DNA of 63,944 nt, filler included, from Octopus bimaculoides (lineage: Eukaryota), in NCBI RefSeq assembly GCF_001194135.2. It is 5 parts of 5 records of this genome, joined end to end, with 100 filler letters (N's around TTAATTAATTAA, not from the genome) between each part and the next. Parts side by side here need not be neighbours in the genome. Positions count along the whole stretch, not along the records: positions 1 to 29,185 come from NC_068983.1; 4 more parts are not named here. One strand, given 5' to 3'. A model generated the notes under the pieces. That model was given only the letters and a program-made list of their open reading frames with translations, did not search any database and was not told the DNA's origin. Positions 1 through 12,262 of this stretch are shown in pieces; position 1 is the first letter of the stretch, and each line of letters begins with the position of its first letter. The position numbers were made by a program, and so were the translations under genes.

Positions 1-190
<190 letters not shown>

Positions 191-514
191 AAAAGGAAAT
201 TCTGAAATAAAATTTAGAATAAAAGAAGCGAGCTATTATTAGCAAAATTTCATTTGTATCGTCTGTCGAAGCGAGGTTAACGAGACCAGGAAGGTCGGTC
301 ATTGGAAATTTATTTTGCAAGATTATATGGTAGCCGATATGGTCCAAAAATATTTACTAAAGAAAACCGAGATTTTTTAATGTTAACTTTCTTTCTCTCC
401 CTCACTCTTTCTCCTCCTCTCTTTCTCTTCCTCTCTTTCTCTTCCACTTTCTCTCACTTTCTGTCTTTGGCTCACTTACTCTTTCTCTCTTACTCGTTCT
501 GCACCTTTATTTTC

Positions 515-579
<65 letters not shown>

Positions 580-774
580 GCACACACATGCACACAAATA
601 CACACACACACAGGCACACAAACGCACACACAGGCACACAAACACACACACAGGCACACAAACACACACACAGGCACACAAACACACACGCACACGCGCA
701 GAAACTCTCTATCCCTCTATTTCTCTTTCTATTTTACTTTGGTATGCTTATAATACGAAGAGGCAAAGTAGTGT

Positions 775-1785
775 CGTCTGATGGTGTAGAGCTACCCAAC
801 GGCGAGAAAATCAAGGACATTGAGACTAATGGTCATAAATATCTGGAGATTTTAGAATACGATAAAATCAAGGAAAGTGAAATGAAGGAAAGCTTTGGGC
901 GAGAATATCTCAGAAGAACCACATTTATTATGGGAAGTAGACTCAATGGAAAAAAACAAAATCAGGCCAATGAACACATGGGTTATTTCTTTAATGCGAT
1001 ACGGCACGGGTGTAGTTAGGTGGACAAAGAACGAGCTTGAGGAAATGGACAGGAAAACTAGAAAAGTGATGACAATTAACAAAAAACTACACCCCAAAAG
1101 CGAAACTGACAGATTGTATGTGCCAAGAAACAGGAGTGGAAGAGATCTCATTGGATGCAAAATCTGTGTTGCCAACGAAACGAACAATCTGGGATGGTAC
1201 ATCAAACAGCAGCGTGAATCCTTGCTTGCCGCTGTTAGAATTAACAATATAATACCTACCGAAAATGCGATGCACCCACAAACATTTAAGAAAAAAGATG
1301 AAGAAAGAGTAAACAACTGGAAAATGAAATCACTGCATGAGCAATAACTCAGAGAAATCAAAGGAAAAGATAAGATCAACACTTGGAGATGGCTAAGAAA
1401 AAGTGATCTGAAAGGATGCACTGAGGCATAAATATGAAATGTCCAGGAATAAACTCAGAACAAATTACACCTAGCTCCAAATAGATAAGAGCAGCGAATC
1501 GCCCTTTTGTAGCATGTGTGGCAACAGAAACGAAACAATCTCACATAATGTGAGTGAGTATAGAAAGCTAACCCAAAAGCACTACAAAAGTAGGCACGAT
1601 AACGTGAATAAGTTCGTCCACTAGAGGCTATATGAAAAGTACGGCATGAACAGAGTACGGAGATAGTACGAACATGAACCAGAAGTAGTCACCGAGAACA
1701 AGGAACATAAGATACTGTAGGATTTTACAATCCAATGGGACTCCCTAATCGAGGCTCGGAGACCAGGTATTATTGTGGTAAAGGA
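775..1785 (+). mobile_element. Decayed R4/Dong-type (RT + RLE) non-LTR retrotransposon fragment: end of RT, thumb, zinc knuckle and start of RLE
   Basis: Frameshifted peptides KYLEILEYDKI, SRLNG, MDRKTRKVMT..LHPKS..DRLY, CSMCG...ETISH, RHDNV and RPGIIVV; multiple stops. Confidence 0.88.
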
Positions 1786-2991
1786 ATATATATGTGTGTG
1801 TGTGTATACATATATATGTATGTATAACTGTGCGGGTGTGTGTGTGTGTAACAGATTAGTATTTTATTTTAATTTATTCCCCCTCTAACTTATCTTCAAG
1901 TACTTTATTCTGGACATAGCTCTGTTTGAACTTGTCGCCTTGAATAACACAAATTTTTTAGACTATCTTTATATTAATTAAAATTTACTTTCCTTTGTAA
2001 CTGGTTTAAAATGAACTATGAACCATAATAATTTTTTCTCATCGGGGTATCAAACATTTTATCTATTGCAGTCAATTTTCGTTTTTTTTTTTCTCTTTTG
2101 CAGTTCTTAATAAAAATTACATAATAAATGGAGACTTAATTTGGTTGCACCGAAGAGACATGGTTATGTCGAGACGGCTAACTACGAATAATAGAGTAAT
2201 AAATATTGGAATTGAAAGGTAATTAAATTAAATTAAATGTGAAGTGAAGATAATATAGTGAAATGAATTTAATTAACGAGAGAATATATTCCCAGACAGA
2301 CGTCTCTTCTGCCTTGTAAAGAAACAAGTAAGAAACGATATATGTATATACGTACGTGTAAATATATATGTGTGTGCGTGTGTGTACGTGAGTATATATA
2401 TATATATATATATNNNNNNNNNNNNNNNNNNNNNNNNNNNNNNNNNNNNNNNNNNNNNNNNNNNNNNNNNNNNNNNNNNNNNNNNNNNNNNNNNNNNNNN
2501 NNNNNNNNNNNNNNNNNNNNNNNNNNNNNNNNNNNNNNNNNNNNNNNNNNNNNNNNNNNNNNNNNNNNNNNNNNNNNNNNNNNNNNNNNNNNNNNNNNNN
2601 NNNNNNNNNNNNNNNNNNNNNNNNNNNNNNNNNNNNNNNNNNNNNNNNNNNNNNNNNNNNNNNNNNNNNNNNNNNNNNNNNNNNNNNNNNNNNNNNNNNN
2701 NNNNNNNNNNNNNNNNNNNNNNNNNNNNNNNNNNNNNNNNNNNNNNNNNNNNNNNNNNNNNNNNNNNNNNNNNNNNNNNNNNNNNNNNNNNNNNNNNNNN
2801 NNNNNNNNNNNNNNNNNNNNNNNNNNNNNNNNNNNNNNNNNNNNNNNNNNNNNNNNNNNNNNNNNNNNNNNNNNNNNNNNNNNNNNNNNNNNNNNNNNNN
2901 NNNNNNNNNNNNNNNNNNNNNNNNNNNNNNNNNNNNNNNNNNNNNNNNNNCAGGAGAGAGTCATAAGTATGCATGTATGTAGGAGCGGCTA

Positions 2992-3240
2992 GGCGCAGGA
3001 GTGGCTGTGTGGCAAGAGGCTTGCTACCCAACCACATGGTTCTGGGTTCAATCCCACTGCGTGGCATCTTGGAAAAGCATCTTCTAGCGTAGCCTCGGGC
3101 CGACCAAAGCCTTGTGAGTGGATTTGGTAGACGGAAACTGAAAGAAGCCCGTCGTATATATGTATATATATATATATTTGTGTGTGTGTGTGTGTGTGTA
3201 TGTGTGTGTGTGTGTTTGTTTGTGTGTCTGTTTCCCCACC
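2992..3240 (+). mobile_element. tRNA-headed SINE, family A (head ggcgcaggagtggctgtgtgg), 3' part missing
   Basis: A-box-like tggctgtgtgg and B-box-like gggttcaatccc; body recurs many times in the window. Confidence 0.85.
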
Positions 3241-3654
3241 GTCTACAGGTCCGACTCTGTCTACCCAACCTGTCATTTCCTCGACGTTCCGCAGAATCAA
3301 CGATGAACCCAGAGGGTATCCATGTCTGCTGACAACAACAGAGGTGTCTACAACAGTTAGTGAAAGCAGGGTACATTGTGGCCGATCATATTTACTTGTG
3401 AGTGACGGCTATGGGGTGTGCTTGGTGTGTTAAAAACACACAAAGTACAGGAACACGCTCACCCCTCACCAATTATCAACCAAAAATCATCACAATTTCG
3501 ATGCCTTATATATAATATTGCTCGATTTAGAGTCGACAACAGCATAAGGTTGCTGGAGTATAAATGAGCGACGTGAAGGACAGAATAAAACAATAAACGA
3601 TAAAGCAAGGAGAGTAACGAAAAATAAACTTATAATAAGGGACACAATTATTTG

Positions 3655-4110
3655 TAGGCCTTTGCTTCCCAACCACATGGTTCCGGGTTCAGTCCCACTG
3701 CGTGGCACCTTGAGCAAGTATCTTCTACTATAGCTTCGGACTGCCCAAGGCCTTGTGGGTGGATTTGGTACACGGAAACTGAAAGAAGTCTGTCGTATAC
3801 ATATGCATATGTTTGTGTGTATCATCAGCAAGAAAGCCAAGATTAACACATAAATACGAGGCACTACATAGAAACATGCCTCATGCTTATATGTTATAAT
3901 TTTTCATATCATCAGCTGATGATATATATATATATTTGTGTGTTCTTAAGTGTTTTTTTGTTCCCGTAACCTAGCGATTCCGCAAAAGCATCCGACAGAA
4001 TAAGTACCAGGCTTACAAAGAATAAGTCCAGGGGGGGGGGGCGATTTCTTCGACTAAAAGGCGGTGCTCCAGCATGGCCACAGTCAAAATGACTGAAACA
4101 AGTAAAAGAA
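3655..4110 (+). mobile_element. SINE family A, split or degenerate copy (body 3655-3830, tail 3960-4110)
   Basis: Matches the body at 2992 and the tail at 5500-5650. Confidence 0.75.
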
Positions 4111-4681
4111 TTCGCAGTTGTAGGTGTCTTCTCAACACCGTCCATGATATGGTTAAATAAACGTTAAACCTTCTTCGTTAGATCATGCAATACTAAGCGA
4201 CCATTTATTTCACAACTACACCAGTTGTTACAACATCAACATCGATAACAATAATAACAACATCGTGAAAATATATTCATTACGCCAAACATGTACCGAA
4301 TCCGTGAAAGCCTAGAAAAGCAGGAAGATGGCGATATTTAGAAATTTCCCATTGTTAAATATACTTCTTTAACATTACAAAATATCCAACTAATTACGTT
4401 ATTTTAATTAATTTGCTATTTATGAGATTAATCGCTATTGTTATTGATCAAAGTAAAGCGTGTGTGAATGTTTCTCACTTAAGTTGAAGCTGGTGATGGA
4501 GACGGGGACGATGTCGGAGATGGGGTTGTGGATGCTGTTTATAGCAAGAAGACTAATTCTGGTCGGTTAGTGTAAGCGAGAAAATATCGACAAATTGAAG
4601 CCTGCCATATGCTGCGTTCATTGTACGTCGGAATCGCATAAAATAAAAATAAGAATAATAAATAAAATGAAATTATAATTA

Positions 4682-4852
4682 GGCGCAGGAGTGGTTGTGT
4701 GGTAAAAAGCTTCTTTCCCAACCACATGGTTCCTGGTTCAGTCCCATTGTGTGATACCTTGGGCGAGTGTTTTCTACTATAGTCTCGGGCCGACCAAAGC
4801 CTTGTGAGTGGATTTAGTAGACAGAAACTGAACGAAACCCGTCGTATACATG

Positions 4853-4884
<32 letters not shown>

Positions 4885-4995
4885 CGTGTGTGTGTGTGTG
4901 TGTGCATCTGTGTGTGGGAGTGTTTATGTCCCCGTGACCTAGTGGTTCGGCAAAAGGTGGTGAGCTTGGCAGAAACGTTAGCACGCCGGGCGAAA
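4682..4995 (+). mobile_element. SINE family A fused to the head of a family C SINE, running into a gap
   Basis: Family A head and body, then ggtgagcttggcagaaacgttagcacgccgggcgaaa. Confidence 0.8.
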
Positions 4996-5377
4996 NNNNN
5001 NNNNNNNNNNNNNNNNNNNNNNNNNNNNNNNNNNNNNNNNNNNNNNNNNNNNNNNNNNNNNNNNNNNNNNNNNNNNNNNNNNNNNNNNNNNNNNNNNNNN
5101 NNNNNNNNNNNNNNNNNNNNNNNNNNNNNNNNNNNNNNNNNNNNNNNNNNNNNNNNNNNNNNNNNNNNNNNNNNNNNNNNNNNNNNNNNNNNNNNNNNNN
5201 NNNNNNNNNNNNNNNNNNNNNNNNNNNNNNNNNNNNNNNNNNNNNNNNNNNNNNNNNNNNNNNNNNNNNNNNNNNNNNNNNNNNNNNNNNNNNNNNNNNN
5301 NNNNNNNNNNNNNNNNNNNNNNNNNNNNNNNNNNNNNNNNNNNNNNNNNNNNNNNNNNNNNNNNNNNNNNNNNNNNN

Positions 5378-5655
5378 TTTCTACTATAGTCTCGGGCCGA
5401 CCAAAGCCTTGTGAGTGGATTTAGTAGACAGAAACTGAACGAAACCCGTCGTATACATGTGTGTGCGTGTGTGTGTGTGCATGTGTGTGGGGGAGTGTTT
5501 ACGTCCCCGTGACTTAGCGGTTCGGCAAAAGAGATCGATGCAATAAGTAACGGGCTTAAAAAATAAGTATTGGGGTCGATTCATTCGACTAAAAACTCTT
5601 CAAGGCAGTGCCCCAGCATGGCCGCAGTCTAACAGGAAAAAGATAAAAAAGATAA
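5378..5655 (+). mobile_element. SINE family A, 3' two thirds
   Basis: Body and tail (cgactaaaa...ccagcatggccgcagtc) shared with other copies. Confidence 0.8.
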
Positions 5656-5823
5656 AAAATAATAGCAATAATGTTAGCAAAAACAACAGTAAGAACAGCT
5701 ACAACAACAACAACAACAACAACAAGAGCGACGATGGCAATGACGACGGCGACGACGATGACGATGATGATGATGAGGATGATGATGACGACGATGGTGA
5801 TGATAATGATGATGATGATTTCA

Positions 5824-6027
5824 AATATTGGTATACGGCCAGTAATTTGAGGGGAGGGGATAGGTCAGTTACGTCGATTCCAGTGTTCAACTGGTACTTA
5901 TTTTATCGACCTCCAAAGGGTGAAAGGTAAAGTGGACCTCGGTGGAATCTGAACTCAGAACGTAGCGACAGGTGAAATACCGCTATGCATTTTCCCGGCG
6001 TGCTCACAATTCTGCCATAATGCCGCC
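5824..6027 (-). mobile_element. tRNA-headed SINE, family C
   Basis: Reverse complement of ggcggc..ggcagaa..gagttcagattcc..ctttcaccctttggaggtcgataaaataagtaccag; the central segment resembles the Meta/MESC domain as recalled (unverified). Confidence 0.8.
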
Positions 6028-6082
6028 TTAATGATAATGATAACAACAACAACAACAACAACAACAATAATAATAATAATTG

Positions 6083-6519
6083 AGAGAAATTAAGACCAAT
6101 AGACCAGATATAGTTGTCAAAGATCACGAAGAAAAAAAAATGCTTTCTAATTGATGTATCAATACCAGCAGATGACAACGTTTCCCTAAAAGAAATGGAA
6201 AAACTTTCAAAATACAAAGACCTGGAAATAGAGGTAAATCGAATGTGGAATCTAAAAACAGAAACAATTCCTATCATAGTAGGTGCCTTAGGTATAATAA
6301 TAAAAATATTCAGACAAATACATAACAAAGACACCAGGACTTACAAATATATATAACATACAGAAAATTGCACTACTGGGCACTGCACACATCCTACGCA
6401 AAACACTTTCAATACAGTAACCATACGAGCATCACAGCAAACCACAGCACATACCCAAGGCACACAGAGCTGCGCTCGGTATTGAAGTGAAAGCACGTTA
6501 TAAAAATAAAACTACTGAA
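6083..6519 (+). mobile_element. 5'-truncated R4/Dong-type LINE 3' end (subfamily 1): RLE domain plus 3' UTR, flanked by (AAT)n
   Basis: RPDIVV..LIDVSIPADDNVSLKEMEKLSKYKDL..RMW..IPIIVGALG; near-identical to 53821-54210. Confidence 0.92.
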
Positions 6520-6535
6520 TAGTAATAATAATAAT

Positions 6536-7000
6536 AAAAGATCAGACAAAAAAATGTGTTTATTAATTGACATGAGTATTCTTTGCGATCACAATATAGC
6601 GGCAAAAGAATTTGACAAGATCAGTAAATATAAAGACTTGCTAAAAGAAATTGAAAAAATGTGGCATCTCAAGGCGACTACCGTACCAGTGATTGTAGGA
6701 TCTCTAGGAATGATAAAAAAAGGTACTGAAACCTATTTGAAAATGATACCAGGCCTACCATCCCTACAGGAAGTACAAAAAATCGTGTTAACTGGACTGG
6801 AACAACTTATGTACTGAGAAGAGCATTATCACTGTGAAAACAACATCCATTCATGAATTTATTTGTTTATAAATTTTCTTACATGCATATTTTACGAGTG
6901 AATTTGCGTGTGTAAACTGGGAATGCATACAATGAGCTTCTCTGCCCTAGGTGTACGGAAAACACTCGGCGAGAAATGGAAGAAAATTTGAAGAAAGAAG
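6536..7000 (+). mobile_element. 5'-truncated R4/Dong-type LINE 3' end (different subfamily)
   Basis: CLLIDMSI..KEFDKISKYKDL..MW..VPVIVGSLG; followed by (CAA)n(AAT)n. Confidence 0.88.
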
Positions 7001-7032
7001 AAGAAAACAACAACAACAACAACAACAACAAC

Positions 7033-7090
<58 letters not shown>

Positions 7091-7092
<2 letters not shown>

Positions 7093-7648
7093 GCCCTGAA
7101 GCAGTACCCGGCAGTGGCTTTCATGGTTTCTGGTCATAACTGATTGGAAGTGTTATCATGTACGTTGTTTTCTTTCTTGGTATAAAAGATGGGCTACAGC
7201 AAATATTCTGCTCAATACCACAAATTTGCTTGTCAGTTATTTGACCTTAACCAGTTGAGCATGTCCCTTGGTGGCTGACGATATGTGCATCTCTGATCAC
7301 GAACAGAAGTAGTGGGGGAGCATCATAGCCATGTGTTGAGAGGAATTCTTTGGGGTTTGAATAATTCACCTCTGGAGACATGGGCGTTTCGTTCAACATC
7401 CTTAAACAAACCTTATTCAGGGACCTTTTGAGTGAGATGGGCTACTCGACCTGAAGAAAATTCTCACTGGGCTCCACTTGCGAGGTCATGCGCTGTTTAT
7501 CTTGGTATGATATCACCATGTCGCGTATATATGGTCGTGATGCATGTGTCTGGTGTACCCTTATCAGACGGGTAGTCATGATGGGTATACTGGGTTTCGT
7601 ATATTTTACCCCAGTGTCACTTTGATGGCATACGCTGCTCTCTCATTC
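7091..7648 (+). mobile_element. ~558-bp non-coding element flanked on both sides by (AAT)n (copy 1)
   Basis: Same ends (atgccctga ... ctctcattc) as copies at 28406, 43699 and 54292; no ORF and no clear B box. Strand given is the sense of its AAT tail. Confidence 0.85.
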
Positions 7649-7672
7649 AATAATAATAATAATAATAATAAC

Positions 7673-7721
<49 letters not shown>

Positions 7722-7830
7722 GATGATGATGATGATGATGATAACAATAATGATGATAATAATAATATCATCATCAACAACAATAACAGCAGCAACAGCA
7801 ACAACAACAAGAACAACGATTATAACAATA
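7649..7830. repeat. Compound (AAT)/(GAT)/(CAA) microsatellite
   Basis: Direct reading. Confidence 0.95.
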
Positions 7831-9154
7831 GGAAAATACTAAGAAATATAGAAGGTGCTTGTCTCGTAGAACTAGCAAAGATATGACAAATGGACGTGAA
7901 CACGTTATCACTCACACACACACACACACACACACATACACAAGAGCGAGTTCTGAAAATATCGGTAGTGCACTTGCTGTAAGATAAAGAGAGGAAGGAA
8001 ATCTATGCTAACAATCCAGCATCGTTAAACACTCCGAATTGAGTTTGCGTGACCAGAATAGTCGGTTTGGTCTGTGTTTACAAATCACGACAGCGTTCGC
8101 CATGACAGAAATAGGTCTGCCGAACAACATCGTAAGAAGAAAAACACACGTACATATGCACATGCATGCACAAACACACACACACACATATGCATACATG
8201 CATGCATACATACATACATACATACATACATACATACATACATACACACATACATACATACATACATATATGCATACATGCCTTTTTATTACAGCAAGCT
8301 CTTCATGCTGTATTTCTCACTGAATCTGAAATCAATGGCGGCGACGAGATCAAGAACAACGAAAGAATGAGCAGCAACATCAGAAATAACAACAGCAACC
8401 TCAACGATAGGAAGTAGAAATGTAACAAATAGATGTGTAAATAGTTGTTGTTTCTTCGTTGTGTGTTAACACGGCTTAGTGTAGGACATTAAGTTTCAAC
8501 AGTCTAAACAGAGATGTTATTTGTTTTAACTCGCGTTCGTCGATTTTGCTATCGTCTGCTCGATTCTACATTGTTTGCAAAGAAGAAAAAATCGATAGAA
8601 ATGAATAAATTAACCATCTCTTGTTATCATATCATATTCTTTTTTCTTTTCAGCTTTAAATTTTTATTTATTAATCGGTTACACACACTGTAGTTATTTA
8701 TCCCTTTTAACTTCTATTCTTCCTTTGTTAGGATCTTAGTAAAGACGCCGAGAGGAAATGATAATCTACGAGAGGAAATGGCAGCTCACGACACATCTAA
8801 TAATACCTAAATACAAACTCAGCAGAAAGAATAGAAAATAATAAAAACAAAAAAAAAACAATAACAAATGGTAAGCTATTTCAGAAGCATTGACCGCTTT
8901 TACTGAAAGCAATTTTGCAAAGAACTAAAGTTCACATGGTTAGCAAACAAACTGAATGTTTTGTAGGATCCAATGTCTTTGGAGATTATCATAGAACAAA
9001 TTGTTCCGGTAGCGTTAATCGCAAATCTTTGCCTAATATATCGTTTTAAGCACTTTGTGTCTGTTGAAACACACTGTTTTTGTTTCAATTAATTTCTTAA
9101 AATAACGAAGAATTTATGATAATAGCTGTCATTAAACCGGTGCCAAGTCGTGGG

Positions 9155-9222
9155 CTGGCAGAATCGTTAGCACGCCGGAAGAAATGCTTAGCGGCATTTT
9201 GTTTGTGTTTATGCTCTGAGTT
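9155..9222 (+). mobile_element. SINE family C head, cut by a gap
   Basis: gctggcagaatcgttagcacgccggaagaaatgcttagcggc. Confidence 0.7.
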
Positions 9223-9347
9223 NNNNNNNNNNNNNNNNNNNNNNNNNNNNNNNNNNNNNNNNNNNNNNNNNNNNNNNNNNNNNNNNNNNNNNNNNNNNNN
9301 NNNNNNNNNNNNNNNNNNNNNNNNNNNNNNNNNNNNNNNNNNNNNNN

Positions 9348-9668
9348 GGATCGCGGTTTCGATTCCCAGACCGGGCGTTGTGAGTGTTTATTGAGCGAAG
9401 ACACCTAAAGCTCCACGAGGCTCCGGCAGGGGATGGTGGCGAACCCTGCTGTACTCTTTCACCACAACTTTCTCTCACTCTTACTTCCTGTTTCTGTTGT
9501 GCCTGTAATTCAAAGGGTCAGCCTTCGTCACATTGTGTCACGCTGAATATCCTCGAGAACTACGTTAAGGGTACACGTGTCTGTGGAGTGCTCAGCCACT
9601 TGCACGTTAATTTCACGAGCAGGCTGTTCCGTTGATCGGATCAGCTGGAACCCTCGACGGAGTGCCAA
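9348..9668 (+). mobile_element. tRNA-headed SINE, family B (head hidden in gap)
   Basis: B box ggtttcgattcc; body matches 11140, 19142 and 25828. Confidence 0.88.
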
Positions 9669-10361
9669 CATGCATGCAACAATTACAAATAGCAGGATAT
9701 CTCTCAAAGATTTTAACTTAATCAGTCGCTCGACCGACAAAATTGTGACAAATGAGGAACCAGGTGAAAATATTAGAACGTGGGATGTGACGAGCAACTT
9801 TTAAGAAATTAGTGTTGTATGAAGTGAGTAATATATCATAGCATCTCTGTGGTACTATCACTTGATTGTTCAAACGTCTGTGATTCCACTCCCTATTCGT
9901 GTTTACAGAAATCGCTATATTTGACAAAGGCACACACTACTTTATTTACTAACACTGAAAGCTTATAAACTTTTGGTCAAAATTCCTCGTGGATCTAAAC
10001 AGAAAGTACAACGATTGTTTCGGATGTTATAAGCCTTTCGAAAGGTATACTCCAAGAAGACAATCTGTCTGTACTGTTATCTATTTTGGCACTAAAGCCA
10101 CTCTGATTTCGTTAAGAAAAATCCAAGGATTGCATATCAAAGTAACCCATGCTTTCTTCCTTGACTTTCTTGCGATATAAATTGAAAATTCCTGCAATGT
10201 TGAGAAACAGATGGATATAAAGAAGAAATACAAAAACGCTTTCAGCTGATTTTGAAATGGAAGTTGGCCAAAACAAATGTTTATACCAAATAACTGAACG
10301 TGGAAAAACCACTTTCCAACTGAAAACCATTTACGTCAGAGATCTCTCTATATATTGCTTT

Positions 10362-10572
10362 CAAAGTTTGGCACAAGGCCAGCAAGTTTAGGGGAGGGGG
10401 TAAGTTGATTACATCAATCCCGATGCGTAACTGGTACTTATTGTATTGACCAGGAAAGGATGAAAGGTAAAGTCGACTTCGGTGGAATTTGATCTCAGAA
10501 CATAAGTACGGAAGAAATAACGCTAAGCATTTTGCTCGGCGTGCTAAGGATTCTGTCAGCTCGCTGTCTTAG
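10362..10572 (-). mobile_element. SINE family C
   Basis: Reverse complement of the family C consensus. Confidence 0.8.
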
Positions 10573-10954
10573 TCGTCGTCATGGCGCTCTATCGGTTACG
10601 ACGACGTGGGTTCCAGTTGATCCGATCAACAGAACAGTCTGCTCGTGAAATTAACGTTTAAGTGACTGAGCACTCCACTGACACGTGTACCCTTATGTAG
10701 TTCTCGGGGAGATTCAGTGTGACACAGGGAAAGGCTGGCCCTTTTGAAATACAGATACAACAGAAACAGGAAGAAAATGTGAGAGAAAGTCGTGGTGAAA
10801 GAGCACATCAGGGTTAGCCACGATCCCATGCCGGAGGGTCGTGGAGCTTTAAGTGTTTTTACTCAATAAACTCACAACGCCCGGTCTGGGAATCGAAACC
10901 GTGATCCTACGACCGCGAGTCCGCTGCCCTAACCACTGGGCCATTGCGCTTCCA
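10573..10954 (-). mobile_element. Full-length SINE family B with an 11-bp target site duplication
   Basis: cgctgtcttag at 10562-10572 and 10955-10965; A box tggcccagtgg and B box ggtttcgattcc on the minus strand. Confidence 0.92.
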
Positions 10955-11139
10955 CGCTGTCTTAGCGGTGTCTATATACTACTTTGACCCACACAGTGAA
11001 TGCTAGAAATACTTAAGTATTGACGAAAATGCATGATATTCAGGAATCGTGAACTAAGATAGATTAACTTCATAACATTATACTTAAGAGTATTATTATA
11101 CGAGAGTTTAAAAATGCAGTATCACTGTTAGTAGCGTGG

Positions 11140-11495
11140 AGGTGCAATGGCCCAGTGGTTAGAGCAGCGGACTCACGGTTTCGATTCCCAGACCAAGCAT
11201 TGTGAGTGTTTATCGAGTGAAAACACCTAAAGCTCTACGAGGCTCCGGCAGGGTGGGTGGGTGTCGAACCCTGCTGTATTCTTTCACTACAACTTACTCT
11301 CTCTCTCTCTGTGTCTTTCTTCCTGTTTCAAAAGGCCAGTCTTGTCATACTCTGTATCACGCTGAATCTCCCCGAGAACTACTTTAAGGGTACACGTGTC
11401 GGTGGAGTGCTCAGCCACTTGCACGTTAGTTTCACGAGCAGGCTGTTCCATTGATCGGATCAACTGGGACCCTCGTCGTCGTAACCGACGGAGTG
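11140..11495 (+). mobile_element. SINE family B
   Basis: Head ggtgcaatggcccagtggttagagcagcggac plus family body. Confidence 0.88.
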
Positions 11496-12262
11496 CTTTG
11501 ATTGTTAGCAATTTTTTTAGATACTTTACCGAATTATTGAGTGAATAACCATATATTTGATCCTGGATATTACGTGGAAGTTTTCACAGAAATATCGATA
11601 GGCAGGCTCTAATCTCAGAAGAAAAGAGAGCGAAAAGGTACAGAGGTTGGAGAAAATAATGGAAACACTTAGCATCATAGCATCGTAATTTTGAAATATC
11701 TATAAAACTGTCAAAAGCTTGTTTATTTTTATGTTTTTTTATTCATTNNNNNNNNNNNNNNNNNNNNNNNNNNNNNNNNNNNNNNNNNNNNNNNNNNNNN
11801 NNNNNNNNNNNNNNNNNNNNNNNNNNNNNNNNNNNNNNNNNNNNNNNNNNNNNNNNNNNNNNNNNNNNNNNNNNNNNNNNNNNNNNNNNNNNNNNNNNNN
11901 NNNNNNNNNNNNNNNNNNNNNNNNNNNNNNNNNNNNNNNNNNNNNNNNNNNNNNNNNNNNNNNNNNNNNNNNNNNNNNNNNNNNNNNNNNNNNNNNNNNN
12001 NNNNNNNNNNNNNNNNNNNNNNNNNNNNNNNNNNNNNNNNNNNNNNNNNNNNNNNNNNNNNNNNNNNNNNNNNNNNNNNNNNNNNNNNNNNNNNNNNNNN
12101 NNNNNNNNNNNNNNNNNNNNNNNNNNNNNNNNNNNNNNNNNNNNNNNNNNNNNNNNNNNNNNNNNNNNNNNNNNNNNNNNNNNNNNNNNNNNNNNNNNNN
12201 NNNNNNNNNNNNNNNNNNNNNNNNNNNNNNNNNNNNNNNNNNNNNNATCCTTTACCTTATTT

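Noticed and set aside
7270-7335. Hammerhead in the 558-bp element (CTGACGA at 7275-7281)
   Set aside because: The following stem is closed by GCCA, not GAAA, and no cleavage-site geometry can be built.
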